The notes under the pieces: generated by a model
Database searches by the model: none
Seen by the model: only the letters and a program-made list of their open reading frames with translations
Told to the model about the DNA's origin: nothing
IMG/VR virus record: IMGVR_UViG_3300045988_150650
Strand: one strand, 5' to 3'
From: a virus
DNA length: 32,992 bases
Translations under genes and position numbers: made by a program
Part shown: positions 32,532 to 32,992 of the stretch, piece by piece
Layout of the letters: every line of letters begins with the position of its first letter
Position numbering within the stretch: position 1 is the stretch's first letter

Positions 32532-32625
32532 TGCAGTCTAAAAGAAGCATTCGCTTTATATGTGTCTGCTTCTTTTCTATTTCAGCTATCTTTTCAAAAA
32601 AATTTAATTCTTTTTGTTTTTTCAT
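32458..32625 (-). CDS. Possible 55-aa membrane peptide downstream of the cro-like gene
   Basis: Manual translation gives MKKQKELNFFEKIAEIEKKQTHIKRMLLLDCIISVCLLSGLCFALFYQTHCQDGL. AAGGAG lies 5 nt upstream of ATG 32625. The ORF contains the terminator hairpin and overlaps the convergent plus-strand gene, so it is uncertain. Confidence 0.3.
   Translation of the reverse strand: MKKQKELNFFEKIAEIEKKQTHIKRMLLLDCIISVCLLSGLCFALFYQTHCQDGL
32541..32580 (+). terminator. Intrinsic terminator after the 32325..32531 gene
   Basis: AGAAGCA (32543-32549) pairs with TGCTTCT (32567-32573) and is followed by TTTCTATTT. Confidence 0.55.
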
Positions 32626-32643
32626 TTTTTCTCCTTTTTATTT

Positions 32644-32883
32644 TTATGCAGTTTTAGTAGATTTTGAATCAATTAACTTTGCAAAAAAAATATCTTCTTT
32701 TTCTTGTAAATCTGCTATATTTAGAATTTTGCAAATTCGACTTATTTCCTCGGCTTTAAATTCTGTTATTCCCTTTATTTTCTTTGAAAGGCCATAGGGA
32801 GTTAAATTTAATTTTTTGGCTATATGAACCTTAGTAATTCCGGACTCTTTTATTTTTTCCTCTAATCTTTTCGTATCTGTCAT
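32644..32883 (-). CDS. Cro-like XRE HTH regulator (first early gene)
   Basis: KESGITKVHIAKKLNLTPYGLSKKIKG is an HTH. AAGGAG (32895-32890) lies upstream. It is divergent from the cI-like gene across the circular junction. Confidence 0.75.
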   Translation of the reverse strand: MTDTKRLEEKIKESGITKVHIAKKLNLTPYGLSKKIKGITEFKAEEISRICKILNIADLQEKEDIFFAKLIDSKSTKTA

Positions 32884-32922
32884 TTATATCTCCTTTCGTA
32901 GATTTTAAATCTATTTTTCTAT

Positions 32923-32951
32923 AATATACCACTAAGTAGATTATAAGTCAA
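32923..32951 (-). promoter_or_regulatory. Early (cro-side) promoter
   Basis: The minus strand reads TTGACT (32951-32946, inside the operator arm), a 17-nt spacer ending in TGG, and TATATT (32928-32923). Confidence 0.55.
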
Positions 32952-32992
32952 CTTATTTTTTTGCAAAACTCAAAAAAAGTTGACTTTTAATA
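32938..32992. repeat. 55-bp terminal direct repeat, right copy (identical to 1..55)
   Basis: Same 55-mer as 1-55, read directly from the sequence. Confidence 0.95.

Noticed and set aside
1-32992. CRISPR arrays, tRNA/rRNA genes, IS elements/transposases, and a diversity-generating retroelement near the tail fibre
   Set aside because: I found no regularly spaced direct repeats and no tRNA-like cloverleaf candidates in the intergenic gaps. There is no transposase or reverse-transcriptase-like ORF, and no template/variable repeat pair around 5841-7235.

Overview
The window looks like a complete, circularly permuted temperate siphovirus genome. Its first 55 nt are identical to its last 55 nt, so about 32,937 bp are unique. 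RBS style and domain repertoire (XhlA-like, CW_7, cadherin-like Ig) suggest a Firmicutes/Clostridia host, but that is inference. The plus strand at 92-4225 carries the lysogeny and moron module. It holds a cI-like XRE repressor, an Abi_2 (AbiD/F-type) abortive-infection gene behind its own promoter and a promoter-proximal terminator, and a large serine recombinase. It also holds a promoter/operator-driven cassette of one or two tiny membrane peptides plus an HTH protein. Almost everything else is on the minus strand. In transcription order (high to low coordinates) this is a cro-like gene, small early genes with several XRE regulators, and an SLT transglycosylase. Next comes a separately promoted operon with an unknown gene, a 360-nt GC-rich non-coding gap, and a C5 DNA methyltransferase broken by one in-frame TAA. 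That operon continues with a PAPS-reductase-family PP-loop protein, a radical-SAM protein and small Zn-ribbon proteins. After it come an HUH Rep-like protein, a RinA-like late activator, and a hicAB toxin-antitoxin moron with a consensus promoter. A late leader with three tandem terminators follows, then a canonical HK97-type late operon. That operon runs HNH, TerS, TerL, portal, ClpP protease, capsid, connectors, major tail, G/GT chaperones with a -1 frameshift, tape measure, Dit, Tal, fibre, holin, amidase endolysin and an XhlA-like protein. I found no tRNA, rRNA, CRISPR array, transposase or reverse transcriptase. No conventional replication genes (helicase, primase, polymerase, SSB) were recognisable. 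The best candidates for new biology are the methyltransferase / PP-loop / radical-SAM operon with its dedicated controller and unexplained GC-rich RNA-like gap, the small-peptide/HTH cassette next to the integrase, the attenuated Abi gene, the terminator-rich late leader, and the HUH Rep-like gene. All family assignments come from reading motifs by eye, not from database searches.
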